A stretch of DNA of 63,813 nt, the filler included, from Guillardia theta CCMP2712 (taxonomy: Eukaryota > Protista > Cryptophyta): NCBI RefSeq assembly GCF_000315625.1. It is 4 parts of 4 records of this genome, joined end to end, with 100 filler letters (N's around TTAATTAATTAA, not from the genome) between each part and the next. Parts side by side here need not be neighbours in the genome. Positions count along the whole stretch, not along the records: positions 1 to 25,567 come from NW_005434597.1; 3 more parts are not named here. The stretch is one strand, 5' to 3'. The position numbers and the translations under genes were made by a program. Below, one piece after another: positions 1 through 13,401 of the stretch. Numbering within the stretch: the stretch's first letter is position 1; every line of letters starts with the position of its first letter. Under the pieces are notes generated by a model. That model worked only from the letters and a program-made list of their open reading frames with translations. It did no database searches and had not been told where the DNA came from.

Positions 1-917
1 AGGGGTCGAAGAGGAGGAAGCAGCCATGGTAGTAGACGGGACGAGGTTTGCGAATCCTCTCCGTTCTCCTCACGATCCCTCCCTCCTTGATCTGATCCCC
101 CAAGTTCATGACCCCCGCCACTGGACGCGTCATGAGGCCCATGGCACCCGAGCCGACTCCTGCCATGGAGGAGGATCAGGTGAGTGAGGGGGAGGGAGAG
201 GAGGAAGAGGGAGGGAGGAGAAGGAGGAGGAAGAGGGGGAAGGGAGGGAGGAGCTAAGGGCCAGGAAGAGGAGGAGGAAAGTGAAAGGAGGAGAGGTAGG
301 AGAGAGGAGGAGAGAAGTTGGAGGAGAGAGCAGGAGGGAGGGAGAAGGGCTTGGGGAGGGGAGAGAAGAGCAGGAGGGAGGGAGGAGCAGGAGCAGGAGG
401 AGGAGGAGGCAGAAGAGGAGGAGGAGGAGCAAGGAGGATGGAGAGCAAGGAGCTAGACCTTTGAAGAAGCCCTGGACTCCTTCAGCTCGCGCTCCCTCTA
501 ACGGTCTCTCTACGAACCCTCTCAGCCCCTCAAGCATGTTCTCACGCGCCATTGAGAAGCCCTGCTGCAACCCCTGCATGCCCTCAGTCAAAACCCTTCT
601 CCCCCCACCCCCCTCTCCTCCTCTTCCTCCTCTTCCTCCCACCACCACCTCCTTTCCCATCCCAACTTCTTCTTCTTCTTCTCCTTTCCCTTCCTCCCCT
701 CTTCCTCTTCTCCACCCCCCTCCTCCCCTTCTGCTCCTGCTCCTCTCCTCCCATCTATCTTCTCGCTCGCTTCACCTCTTTGAAGGAGGCTGCCCCCTGC
801 GATCGCATCGTTGCCTTTTCCTTCTGCTTCGCCAGAATTTTCTCGTCCGTCTCGCCCACCTGCTCTCGTACCATCACCACGTTGACCTCCCTCTCATCCT
901 CCTCCTCCTCCCTCTCC

Positions 918-951
<34 letters not shown>

Positions 952-1530
952 TCCCCTGGTCCTGGTCCTGGTCCTGGTCCTCTCGTCCTCTCCCTTCTTC
1001 TCCTCTCTTTCTCCCTCTCCCGTCCCTCCCGTCCCCTTTCCCACCCTCCCCTCCTCATCTTCATCCTTTCTCTTCCCTTCCCTCTCTTCATTCCCCCCCT
1101 CCCCCTCTCCCCCTTTCCTCTTGCTGCTCTTGCCTGCTCTACGACGCTGCTCCACGAGGAGCTGGTGAGGGCTCGGTAGAGAATGGCGAGCCATCGCTCC
1201 TGGAGAGGCCGGAGAACCACCTGCAGCCCCCCGTCAGCATGCGAAGGGGAGGAGAGGGGGGGGAGGAAGGTGGGGAGGGGGAGAGGGGAGGGGGAAGGAG
1301 GGAGGAGGGAGGAGGGAGGAGGGAGGAGGGAGGAGGGAGGAGGGAGGAAGTACAAGGACGGAGGAAGAGGAGGAGACACAGGAAGTACTTCACCTCCAGC
1401 ACATCGCGAGGGTCCTCGAGCAGGAGCTGAGAGACTTTTACTTCCTCCACCTTCAGCTCGTGACAGTGGAGGTCCGGAATTACAATCGTCGCTCCTATCT
1501 CCCGCAGCCACTGGTACACGTCCACCATGA

Positions 1531-1569
<39 letters not shown>

Positions 1570-3758
1570 TCCTCGTAGCAGCGCCGAGCCCGAAGAGGCT
1601 GATGTCGAAGCTGATGGGAGCGATGCGGATCTCCTCGAAGAAAGCTCTGTCCTCCTCCTCCTCCGCCTGCTCCAGCCTGCTCCAGCTCGGCTCCTCCCAT
1701 CCCACAGAGCCGCTCGTCAGTCTCTCGAGCTCCCCTCCATCTGCGAGGAACTTCACGTCCAGGCAGGAGGAGGGAGGATTCGCGTCCGCAGGCACCAGCG
1801 TCTCCTGCTCGAGCAGCAGCAGCTCGTACAGCCAGTCCTCCTGCAGGTTGACTGTGATGTGTCCGACCTCCCCTCTCATCCTCTTCCAGTAGGTTGCTCC
1901 TTCCTCCTCCCACGAGCACTCCGCCTCCCCTGAGAGGAACCAGGAGGAGCCGGAGGAGGAGCCGCAGGGGCGCGGGGAGGGGGAGAGGAAGGCGATGCTC
2001 TGCCCGAGGCTGGTCTGGTTGTCTACCTCACCGCTGGAGACTTTGAGGAGGAGGAGGAAGCTGGTGGGGAGGAGGTGGAGGTGGAGGTGAATGCCTGAGA
2101 GGAGAGAGTAGACAAGCTCGCGCCTGTCGCTGCTGAGAAGGGAGAGAGAGATTCCGACCAGGTTGAGGTGAAGCTCGAAGAGCTGAGAGGAGGAGGAGGA
2201 GGAGGAGGAGGAGGAGACTTGAGAGGCACTGCAGAAAGTTGTCAGGTTGATGATGGTGGTGGTGGTGATGGTGATGGTGATGATGATGATGATTATGATG
2301 ATGATGATTATGATGATGATGATGATGACAGATTGACGAGAGACAAGGAAGAGACGTCGAGGAGAGAAGGGAGGAGGATGAAGATGAGGATGAGGATCAT
2401 GGTGAAATTTCTTCTCGTCAGCGCAAACAGCATCTGAACATATCACTGACCTCGTTTCATCCGATGTCAAAATCAAGACCCTTTTTATCCCCTTCTCATC
2501 AAGTCACAGATAGACATTACAGAAATCTCCTCGCTCCCTCGCTCCCTCGCTCCCTCGCTCCCTCGCTCTCTCCTCCTCTTCCTCACCTTGGCCTTAACCT
2601 TCCAGCGAATTTTCCTCTTCCTGGCCTTGGTCTCTTCCTCTGCTTCTCCTTCTGCTCCTTCCTCCGCCATGGGAACGCAGAATTCCTTGATGCCCTCAAT
2701 CTGTTTCTTGCACGTCAGCTTCCCCGCCTCCCGTCCCAACTCCTCTCCTCTCCTCTCCTCTCCTCTCCTCTCCTCTCCTCTCCTCTCCTCTCCTCTCCTC
2801 TTCTTTGTCTTCTCACCTTCACCATCATTTCTTCACTCCCTTCAGGCTCGTCAAGCGACATCGGCAAACATTTTCCCGCAGGCACCAGCAGCTGACCAAT
2901 GAAGAATGAGATTAAGGGATGAAGCATTCACGTGATTCCAAACACTGCTTTGATATGAAAACATTGACATGACATGAAGAATAAAAACATTGATATGACA
3001 TGAACAATAAAAACGTTGATATGACATCAGCCATGTATTTGGTATGAGACATTGATGCGATGAACGACAAATCAGAACGAGAAACAAGACGAAAGGTTAC
3101 AATCACAGTCAAAATTCATCTCAGAGCTCTCATTGCACAACATGACAAGGAGGGAAATCAAAGAGACATCCTGCCTTCATACACTTACCGCAAACTTCTT
3201 GCCATGTTTACTTCCCTTCTGCCACACTTGACAATCATCGCAACTCAACCTGTTGTCGAGCAACAACAAATCTCCGGCATTGGACTGCATCTTCAGACAC
3301 GCAAACATGGCAGGACCAACTGCCTTCACGTGTACAATCACGTTCAACTGCTCGACATCCCTTCCATCCTTGTCAACAATCAGCCTGGCTGCCTTCTTCG
3401 TATGCTCGCTCAGGTACACGTCCCCACTCCAGCCCGTCCATCCTCCTCCTGCCTTGATGCGGAATCGCATCTTCCATTCTCCCTCCTGTTTGCTGCCCCT
3501 GCTGATCATTGCTTTTCCCCCGTCGAGCAAGCGAACTTTATCTCCACCGTTCCCTCCTGCTCCTGCTCCTGCTCCTCCTCCTGCTCCTGTGCTAGCTCCT
3601 GCTCCGTTGCTCTTGTCCTCTACTCGATGATCAACTTCAACTTCATAGCCGAGATGGTTGATCACAGTCATGTACGGTTCGATTATGATGTACCTAGTGC
3701 GGTTGAACGGAAACTTTCCCATGTGCGAGGAGAGGACGAGGTCGTGGGACCGGCACGC

Positions 3759-3790
<32 letters not shown>

Positions 3791-4705
3791 CTTTCTCCCC
3801 CTTCTCCTCCTCCTCCACCTCCACCCGGGCCACGATCTCCATCCCCTTGCTCGCATAACTCGCGCACATGTCGGAGAAACTGGTTACAGTCCATCTCGTC
3901 GATCCTGCGAGGCTGATAGCGAATTGCTCCATGGAAGGATCAAAGGACATAGACAGCGCTGTTTCCTCCCTCCCCTCCCCGCGCTGGCTCCTCTGCGGTC
4001 GGCTGGCTCCTGGCTGACTCTCCGTCCTCTGCCCTGCCGCCATAACGAGCTCCTCCTCCCCCTCCTCCTCTCCTGCTCCCGTGGTCGCGAAGACGAGCGG
4101 CAGCTCCGTCCTGTTGAGAAGCACGACGGGTGCGCTGACTCGGACTTGAGGAGACTGGCGATCTTGCAGGAAGACTTCAACTCCAAGACGAAGTCGCCTC
4201 CCGTCCTCGTCGAACATGTCCAGGAAGGTACAGCCGGATGAGAAGCCTTGCTCTGGCCAGATTGAGGAGCGGGAGTAGAGGGTATTGTAGCTGTCGAGGA
4301 CGAGGACGAGGTAGACTGGGGTCAGGAACGGGTCGAAGCAGAGCCGAGCAGTGGTGTTGGATCGGATGGAGATGGAGCCTTGCTGCAGGTGGCAGGAGCC
4401 GGAGGTGAGGAGGAGGGTGTGGGGGAGGAGGTTGGAGCAGCTCCAGAGAGGAGAAAGGAGGACGGAAGTCTTGGATCCTTTCGTGTCGTAGCGGACGTTG
4501 TAGCAGGAGGAGGGGAATGGTTCCTGCCTGTAGGACGATAGCTGGCATGTTGTTGGAGACTTGTTCAGGTTGCTCTGTTCCTCCCACGTGTCTTCTCCCC
4601 TCAACCTGAGCAGAGTAGTGAGTTTTCTTGTCTCTTGTTGTTGTTGTTGTTAATAGGATAGTGGTTGTTGTTGTGGTGGTAGTGATCGCAGATGCTAATG
4701 ATAAT

Positions 4706-4761
<56 letters not shown>

Positions 4762-6677
4762 AGTTGGGTACCTGAATCTCCAAGTCTTGATCTCTTTGCC
4801 GTTACTGACGACATCTGACTTCTGCGATCTGACTGTCTTGGTGACGCAAGATCTGAAGGGAGCAAAGGAATACAAAAGAATTCAGCGGCTGCAAACATGC
4901 AGGCACGAGAAAAGAAGAGATGATGACGTAGTAATGCTCAACAACATGAAAGTTCGATCGAAGACAAGACAATGATCAGGAAGAAATCTGAAACACCAGC
5001 ATCGCAAACACATCTCTCACCCGTCCTGGAAGCAAACTTGGAAATCGACGGGCAAAGGCATCTTGTTCTCCACCATGACAGCATCTTTCTCTTCGAGCTG
5101 AAACTGGAACGAGCAAGTTCTCTTGTGAGGAACGAGCCTGGCACTCTGTCCTCATTGTCTGCAGTGACAACGTTGAGCAAACCTGTCGACCCTCATGTTC
5201 TTGCAGACTCTGAGCTGCTTGTCGATAACCTCGATGTCTCTCACGACATCGTCGACGAAGATCGCCTTGAAAGCTCGTCATGACTTGCAACGGCAGGAGC
5301 AGGAGAGGGTTCAGACCAGGCTTCTGATGTGGTCGGGAGCCAAGGTAAGGTTTATCATCTTCGAGGTTGTGATCTGCCGGAGCCATGAAAAGGAGGGAGC
5401 AAAGGGAACACAACGCTTACGTTAAGCACTTGACCCTTCCTCACCCCGTCCGTTTCGACACGAAGTTGCAAGGGAGTTCGTTCGAGGACAGGCTCCATCC
5501 TGTTCTTCCCTTCGTTCCTGCACTCACTGGACAGCTCAACGTTGACTTCGACGCGATCGGATGAGAGCGCGAATCTTTCGTTGATGCTGCTCCGTGTGTC
5601 AGTCCTCCACACAACCAGCAGCTCCCTCCAACCTGAGCGCATGTACGTTCAACTTCAACAGCTCTTGTTGCTCTCCTCCTCCCACGTCCTGTCGTAAGAT
5701 CGCGCAAGTAGGAGCAAGGACGATGTCCAGGTTCTCTGTCTTGCAGGTGGCCGGGAGCTGACGGGGCTGCGCAGTGGTAGCTGCTTCCTCCTGCGACTTC
5801 CTCAGCATCCTCCACCTCCTGCGCTTCACGTGCGGGGCGGAGACGGGCAGCGAAGTTTCGAAGATGTCTGCAGACAAGAAACGTTCACAACTACACTCTG
5901 CTACAGCTCAACTCACCTGCTACCAACATGACCATCTCTGCACACAACAAGATTTCATCCTGTCCTACTTGTACCATGATCGCCCCGTCCCCTCCTCCTC
6001 CCACCTCGACAAGGGCCTCCCTCGAGATCCTCGTCTCCGTCGATCGCAGGAGGAGGCGGAGGTCGTGGACGACGCGGTTGGACGCGACGGCACGCATGCG
6101 ATCGTTCAGCACGTCGCAGTGGAAGCATGCTCCCTCGACCACCAGTGTAAATGTTTGCTCAAACTCTCCTCCTCCTCCTCCTCCTCCTCCTCCTCCTCCT
6201 CCCTCCTCGCTATGCTCGGACCAGGAGGACTGGAGCTCGCAGGAGACGGAGGAGGAGAAGGAGATCTTCTCGCAGGAAGGATGGAACAGGTCCATGCAGA
6301 AGGCGGCAGTGACGGTGAAGGGGAGGAGGCGAAACTTTGTCCTCCTGCTCCAGCTGAGTTTCTCCTCGGCGTTTGGTTCCAACATCCTGTCGAAGATCCT
6401 CTGCCTCTGATCCGCCAGGAACTGCAGAGGAGCAGCAGGCGAGGGATCGAGAAGCTGCAAGTACGACTGCAGCGACAGCGCAGACCGACTCGCCTTCTTC
6501 CCTCCTCCTTCTCCTCCTCCTCCCTGCTCCTCACTCAGCTTGTTTACGTCTCTGATAAGGCTGCCCACTGTTTCCAGCAAGAGGCGGAGAGGAGAAGTCG
6601 ACACGCTGAGCCGGATGTCCCCCAATGCGATCATGACGTCGATGGCGCTGAACATGGCAATGCCGCAAGTCTCGCTC

Positions 6678-6752
<75 letters not shown>

Positions 6753-8936
6753 CTGGCGATCTCATAGGCGGCAGAGAGCACTAGGTCTGAGGTTTCAGAG
6801 ACGTTCCTCTTGCAAACGAGATCAGCGGCAGCCTCGAGGAGGTTGGACTTGGTAGCGACGGGGCGGAGGAGGAGGAGCGGGGCAGAAAACCTCTCCTCTC
6901 CGTACAAGTCAGCAAAGTTCAGGCACAGGGACCTGACGGTCAAGGAGGAGCAAGCGAGGTTGACGACGAGCAGAGCGTCTCGGGCCATGAGCTCCACCTG
7001 CTCCTTCCACCTGTCCCGATCGCTGCTGTGATCGTCCTTCATCCTCTCCACCTGCAGGATCAGCTGGGGCACAGCGATCGCAGCCTCGACCGAGCTGTAA
7101 GACCGAACGAGGCTCGAGAGCCAGGGCTCGACGTTTTGTGCCCCCTCGCTGTCCCGGGGAGACATCCGGGGGTTTGACACGCCCTTGTCAACTTCGAAAG
7201 CGCCGAGGAGCGAGCGGATCGAGTCTTGCAGGAACAGGAGCTTGTCCGCAAACTCGATGCAAGACTGGAACACCACTATGATGTCCTTGTCTTGGAGCTT
7301 GCACACAAGATCCCCGCAGTTCGCCTCCATTCCTAACTTGACATCCCTTCCCTCATCCCTCCCTTGCTCAACCTTGACAGAGACTGCCCTACCTCCCTCC
7401 CCTCCCTCCCCTTCCCCTTCCCCCAGCCTCACAAGCCCCTTCCTGACGTCTCGCTCGACCAGGTCGAACATGACCGGCAGCACCGTCAGCTCGAGCCACA
7501 CCTTGTCCTCCCGTGTGTCGGAATGCAGCAGGAAGCGGCACCCAGAGGCGTTCAGCTCCAGCCTTGACCTGCACATCTCCTGCTCGGGGAGGACAAGGAG
7601 GATAGGGAACATCTCGACGTTCACAGCGACTTCATGCGAGACTCTCGATGTCAGAGGAGCAGGACGTGCGTCCTCTGTCCTCCTGCTGCCCTCCAACGCA
7701 TCTCCCAGGCCCTCCAGGCTCTCCATGTAGGAAGAAGGACCGGCCAGGTTGTCTCTTGCCGCGTCTATCCAACCCTTGACGCAGTCGCAGAGGTGTTCGG
7801 AGAGGACGATCTCAAGGGCAGAGAGTCGCCCCTCGATGGCGTGACGGAAGTGAAGGGGAGGCTGAGACGAGCAAGATGACTTGAAGGTCACCGAGAGGAG
7901 GGGATGGGACTCGCTCCCACCTCTGATGATCGCGCTCTCTGCATCACTTGCACCATTGTTCTCCTGGTCGCCGATGACCGTCACATGACGGAGACAAAGA
8001 TTGACCTCAGTCGTATCGCCCAACAGCTGCAGCGCCGTCTCGGCGCCTTCAAATCTTATCACCATGCTGCTGCTGCTGCTGCTGCTGGGATCTGACCCAT
8101 GAACTCTCAGTAGCAAGTTCATCTCGTCATACTTCATCTGTATCCTTGTCTTCATCCCCGGCGCCTCACCCCTGCTCCTCGTCCTCCTCATCAGCGGGTT
8201 CAGCCAATCTCTCTCGTAGTCGCTCGATCGGAGGCTCTCACGCAAGTGATTCACCGTGTCCTTGAAGTGGCGGGAGCGGAGAGTTTTGTGAGCGGAGGCC
8301 ATGACGAACTTGTACTCCGCCATGACTGACGTCATGATGGACAAGTGCTTGCTGGTGAACAAGACTCTGATCGGACTGCATGTTGTTCTCACCTCACACG
8401 TGAGCTGGTCCTGGCAGGAGAAGGAGATCATCACCTCCATGTCCACAGGGCTCATGAGCGCGCCGGATTGACTGTCAGCAGCTTTCCCTGCTGCTCCTTC
8501 CTCTCCCTCTGACAGCTCCGCGCCAACGGCACACCCTCTCCATGTCAACTTGTACTCGTTGCCGTCCTGGGAACTGCTATCGCAGACGTTTTCCACTTGA
8601 AGCATGCCTCCCTGCAGCGACAGACGTGCGGGATAGCAGGCAGAGGAGGAGGAGGAGGAGAGAGACACGTTGGGCAGGTGTACCTCTACTCTGCTCAGTC
8701 TCAGTCTCCTCCTCGCAAGCTTCTCGGCTATCAGTTGGTCTGCCGAGCTTCTCACGGCTGACAGGATCCCTCTCCTTATGCTCCTTGAGGCATCGACGAC
8801 CGATCTCGGGTTCAGCGCAAGCTCCACCACGTCCCTCAGGTTGTCGAACAAGACATCCACAAACTGAAGCATGTCTGGAGACAGACGGATGCTTGTCGGG
8901 CATATGTACAACGAGATCTCCCCAAGATCTCCTCCT

Positions 8937-8984
<48 letters not shown>

Positions 8985-10789
8985 CCTTGGTGCTTCCTCA
9001 TGCTGAGAACACAGAGGTCGTCCGCTCCTCTCTTCTCCACGATGGTGAGTTGCCTCGAGCCCTGCAGACGACATTGGCACGACTTGACAGTGAGGTCGAG
9101 GAGGAACGTGCCAGTCGAGTCCCTCGATGCCTGCAGGTCAACAGCGTCGACCGTCATTCTCAGAGTCCCTTGACTTCGGTCGTCAGAGCAGGTTGCTAAA
9201 GAGACTTGGAATGAGCAGGTTCCCACCACGACGTGAGCTTTCATTCCGACTTGCGACCAGGCCAAGAATGAAGACGGACAGCCGGAGGGTAGGAGAGCAT
9301 CCAGGCTGTTCTCAACAGCCAGCACAGGAACTTGAAGGCGGTTGCCCCAGATGTATACATCGATGTCACCGCTAACGTCGTGGTCGCCGATGTCAAAACT
9401 CTTCGTCAACAGTGTTTTCAAGGTCTTGTCCTCGCCTCGCGCCCTCTCCTCGCTCTCAGGCTCAAACTTGGAGAAGACAGCATCTCTCAGCGCCATGATG
9501 GTGGTCTGCTGCATTCCCTGCTCCAGGTCTCCCAGCTCCTTCACGCTCTCCGAGACTTTCTTGTCGTCGTCAGAGCAGACGCCCTCCAGGTACCTCCAGA
9601 GGCACTGACGATAGCGACGGCCCGTACGAATGGCTCCCAAGACATTCGAAAGGTTGAGCTCTGATCTCCTCCTCCTTACGTTGTCGGCAACTTCTTCAGC
9701 AACTGACTGAAGACGTCTGGAGTTGAACGCCGACGGGTCAAACTTTCCCCGCACGAGCCTCTCCGCTCTCTCATAGTACAAGACCAACTTTCGAACGACA
9801 CTGATTGCGTCGCTGATAACATTCGGCGCCACATGAACGTCCAACTCGTCGAGCCCCAAGGTCAACTCGATCTCCTCGGATGGCAGGTTGACAGCCCCCG
9901 GCGACTTCTTCTGTCCTCCATCTTTGTTGCTTACGATACAGTTTACCGTTATGGAGGAGCGGAGGATAGTCTGTGACTTCGATGTGCTGCTTGTCATTCG
10001 TTGAGCTGTTACAGGTCCACCCTCTCTCCATGACAACTCGATGCCCTTCAGATTCACCTGCTTGTGTTTCCTGATCGGACCCTCACCTTCGTTGCTCTCA
10101 GATAGCATGTTCAACTCTTCTGCTGTCAGGACGAACTCTGAAGAAGTATCAACCCCCGTCATGTACTCAACAACCAACTCCAGCTTCTTGATCACAATCT
10201 GGGCAGGAGCAGCGTCAGCGGTTTCGAAACGCGTACGAAGACTCTTACGTCGACTCGGAACACAATCCCGAAGAGAAAATTCATCATTGTAGGAGTTTGC
10301 AGCTGCGGAAGGCAAATCAGACACGTTTGCCCGTCGCATGAGCGGAACTATCCCACCTGCTCTTTGAACAGCAGCTGCTTCAGTCGAGCCCACAAGTCCT
10401 GCGATGCCCCTTCAACCTCCACCCTCCCAACTCAGATCACAGACCTGTCTGCACTCCTTCACCTTCCTCTCCTCCTTCCTCTGGACATAGTCCCGCAGAA
10501 AGTCGTCGAACTCTCTGACTCTAACTCGCAGCATCACTGTCTCCGCAGTCAACACCACCCGCTGGTCGCTGAGCCGTTCCCATGGGATTGTGACGCCAAG
10601 GGTTCCGATGTTCCCTTCCTTCACCTCGAGAGGAAGGTCGATATGGCTGAAGGCGTCAGCATTCAATGCGACGTTGCTTGCTGCAAACTTTCCCTCCCAC
10701 AAGGCTCTGCTCGCCTCCTCCGAGTCCAACCCAGAGAAAAAGCCGCACACCTGTCCTACGATGTTCTTGACCCACGGCGCAGACATCAT
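1..10789 (-). CDS. VPS13: VPS13-family bridge-like lipid transfer protein, multi-exon; 3' end runs off the window start
   Basis: The N-terminal exon (10412-10789) reads like a chorein-N domain (RALWEGKFAASNVALNADAFSHIDLPLEVKEGNIGTLGVTIPWERLSDQRVVLTAETV). A ~1500-codon central ORF (5891-10393) follows. Then come VAB/SHR-BD-like segments (VLLNRTELPL, PYMTVINHLGYEV, LLLDNRLSCDDCQVWQ), APT1-like LVGISLSLLSSDRRELVY..EVDNQ and FFEEIRIAPISFDIS, and an ATG2_C-like GLRGFVERPLEGARAEGVQGFFKGL at ~460-590. All are collinear on the minus strand. Confidence 0.88.
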
Positions 10790-10986
10790 GGCGGAGGACG
10801 GAGGTCTCGGTCTCTCAACCCTGCACTGGGGGGAGAGAGCACCTGTGGCGAGACACGTATCAGCGATCGGGAGGATGAGCGGGAGCGAATGAACGAGTGT
10901 GGTACTTCGACACCTTTCGTCTACCCCTCCTCCACCTCAAGCTGACTTGAGCTTTCTCTTTCCCTCCTCCACTTCTTGGAATCCTT

Positions 10987-11021
<35 letters not shown>

Positions 11022-11500
11022 ATCCCCATCGTCGTTGTTCTCCTCCCGCTTCTGCCGCGCTCATCGCCTGCTCCACCTCATGATCCTAGCTAGATTCCCC
11101 ATTGACGGACAGATTTTGTTCTCGTCATCAGAAATATGAGGTGGAATCATATCCTGCACATAAACTATAAAAAATGTTTCAATTTGGAACATAAACTACA
11201 GATACATTCATATACTATATTGCATGCAGTACCTCCAATCGATTGCAAAATTCATGTACTATTTGGGGGTGGGGGTAGTGACCCACCCCTTCACGAATTT
11301 CTCAGTACCCCTTGAATCATCAATCTTACCTACTACGGGTCATGATATGGAATAGTAAAAAGTAGGGGTAATGAGAGTGTACTAACCCCCACCTCCTGTA
11401 TCTGTAGGGTCCCTACCCTCCCGGTTGTAAAAGTACCCCTACCCCTTCTTCCCCCTTCAATCCCTGGCACCCTACCCCATCTGCTCCTTTCGGCCCCACC

Positions 11501-12369
11501 ATGGCGGCAATGCGCTCCATGCTCCGGCTGCTCGGCCATGGCCCCCCCCCTCCTCTTCTCCTTCTCCTTCTTCTCCTCCTCCCCCTCTCTACTCCAGCAC
11601 TTCAGCCGCTTCCACACAGCACAGTCTCTCTGCCTTCACCGTCCTCAGCTCCGCAACCCAGCTCCTTCCAATCTCACTGCTACCCGGCTGTAATGGCCCT
11701 GCGTGGCGGGAGAGGAGACAGTATCAAGGCCAAAGATCTCCGGGATAAGGTTGGGCCCATGTGAAAGGACGAGATTGCCTCCTGACGGCTGCTCCAGACC
11801 ATCGATGAGCTAAGTCAGCTCGAGCAGGAGCTTCGTTCCGAGCTAATGTCACTGCGGGTTGCGCAGCAGGTTGGTAGAGCTTTGCAGGATCGCAGCTCAC
11901 TGTCGTTCTTGGTAGGTTGGAGGTCAGCCAGGCAGAGTGAACAAGATCAAAACCGTTCGAAAGAACATCGCTCGCGTCTTGACTGTCATGGTCTCCCAGG
12001 CCAGGAAGGCCGAACACAAGCTGGCAAGTCGCAGCCACCTCGTGCTCGTTTGACTCACATGGCTTGCTGCAGAACGTGGGCAAGAAGCACAAGGCCAAGG
12101 ACATCAGGATGAACAGGTGCTTCGAGTTTGCCTCCGCCCATTGTCGATTCATCATGACATAGGCATTGGCCCAAAGCCTGGAGGACGAGGCTCACCAAAA
12201 AAGAGAAGTCGATCAAATCGGAGAAAGCAAAGAGATGCTTGAAGCTCAAGGTGATGGGACTTGTCCAGCCTGTCTCCTCGTCCTCGTCTACATCCTCGTC
12301 TTCATCCTCGTCCTCCTCCTCGTCTTCCTCGTCCTGTTCGTCCTCCTCCTCGTCTTCCTCGTCCTCCTT

Positions 12370-12417
<48 letters not shown>

Positions 12418-12827
12418 ATCCTCCTCGTCCTCCTCTTGTACGAGAAACAACTCACTTTCCCCTCAGATCTGGGGAGGAGGGGTGAGGCCTATGAGGAGGG
12501 TGGTGCTCACGGAGCCGCTTCCTCCTCCTATTCTTGATGTTGTGGACTATAGCATTGAGAGAACATTCGAGAAGTATCCCCGCCGCAGGTTCTCCTCCCT
12601 TGGTGCTGCCCAGTGGTGTTGATAGGCTTTGGTGCAGGAAAGGAGCTAAGGGTCGTCATACGGCAACCGGACACATCCCAGAGCATGCGAAGGTGAGAGG
12701 GAGGAGCGGAGGAGGCGATGCTGATGGTGTGCAGTTGGCGATGGATAAGAAGAAGTTGAAGTGGAAAGAGGAGAACAAGCGCCTCAAGGCCTTACGGCAA
12801 AAACAAGACCAGATGGCAGAAGAATAA
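11501..12827 (+). CDS. RPL35: Eukaryotic-type 60S ribosomal protein L35 (uL29) with ~70-aa N-terminal signal+transit-like leader and ~70-aa C-terminal extension; 8 exons
   Basis: The spliced product ...SIKAKDLRDKTIDELSQLEQELRSELMSLRVAQQVGGQPGRVNKIKTVRKNIARVLTVMVSQARKAEHKLNVGKKHKAKDIRMNRHWPKAWRTRLTKKEKSIKSEK matches the eukaryotic L35 pattern (KIKARDLR..LKVELSQLRVAK..GG..KIRVVRKSIARVLTV..GKKYKPLDLR..AMRRRL). All introns keep frame, including a GC-AG intron at 12024-12072. Stop TAA at 12825-12827. Confidence 0.88.
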
Positions 12828-12949
12828 GATCATCCTGAAAGCTTTATTCTTTTACATGATCAGCCCAATCAGTTTTGTCTACATAATATCCTCACTCGGC
12901 TGTACAGCAAGGTTGATATCTTTACATCATTATCCCATGAGCTGTTAGA

Positions 12950-13317
12950 TTATGCATCTTCATGCTTGCGAGTAAACTCACGTTTCCTACCCTGCACGTA
13001 TTTCCAGTCCATCTGATGCTTAAGCCTTCCACCAGCTTCCGTCATTTTTGCTTCCTTCCTCCCAACCCGCTACCCTTCTGGCAACGTCACAGTCGCTTTC
13101 TGTCCGACTCCTTTCCTTGTTGCCGATCTATGAGAAGTGTCTCTCCTTCCCAAGGGCCTCCCTGACTGTCGACCTTCTCGCTTCTCTTCTGCCGTTCTGT
13201 TTGACCGTCAGCAAAAGTCTCGTGAGTATCGATTCAAAGCATTACTTGGCCTCGCTCCGCTCTCTGCCTGCTGGTGATTTCCCTGCAGCTTTACGTCGTT
13301 TATGTGCTTGTCGCTGC

Positions 13318-13401
<84 letters not shown>

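Noticed and set aside
184-9664. Numerous plus-strand ORFs opposite VPS13 (e.g. 3060-4241, 5774-6784)
   Set aside because: Antisense shadows and low-complexity translations of microsatellites.
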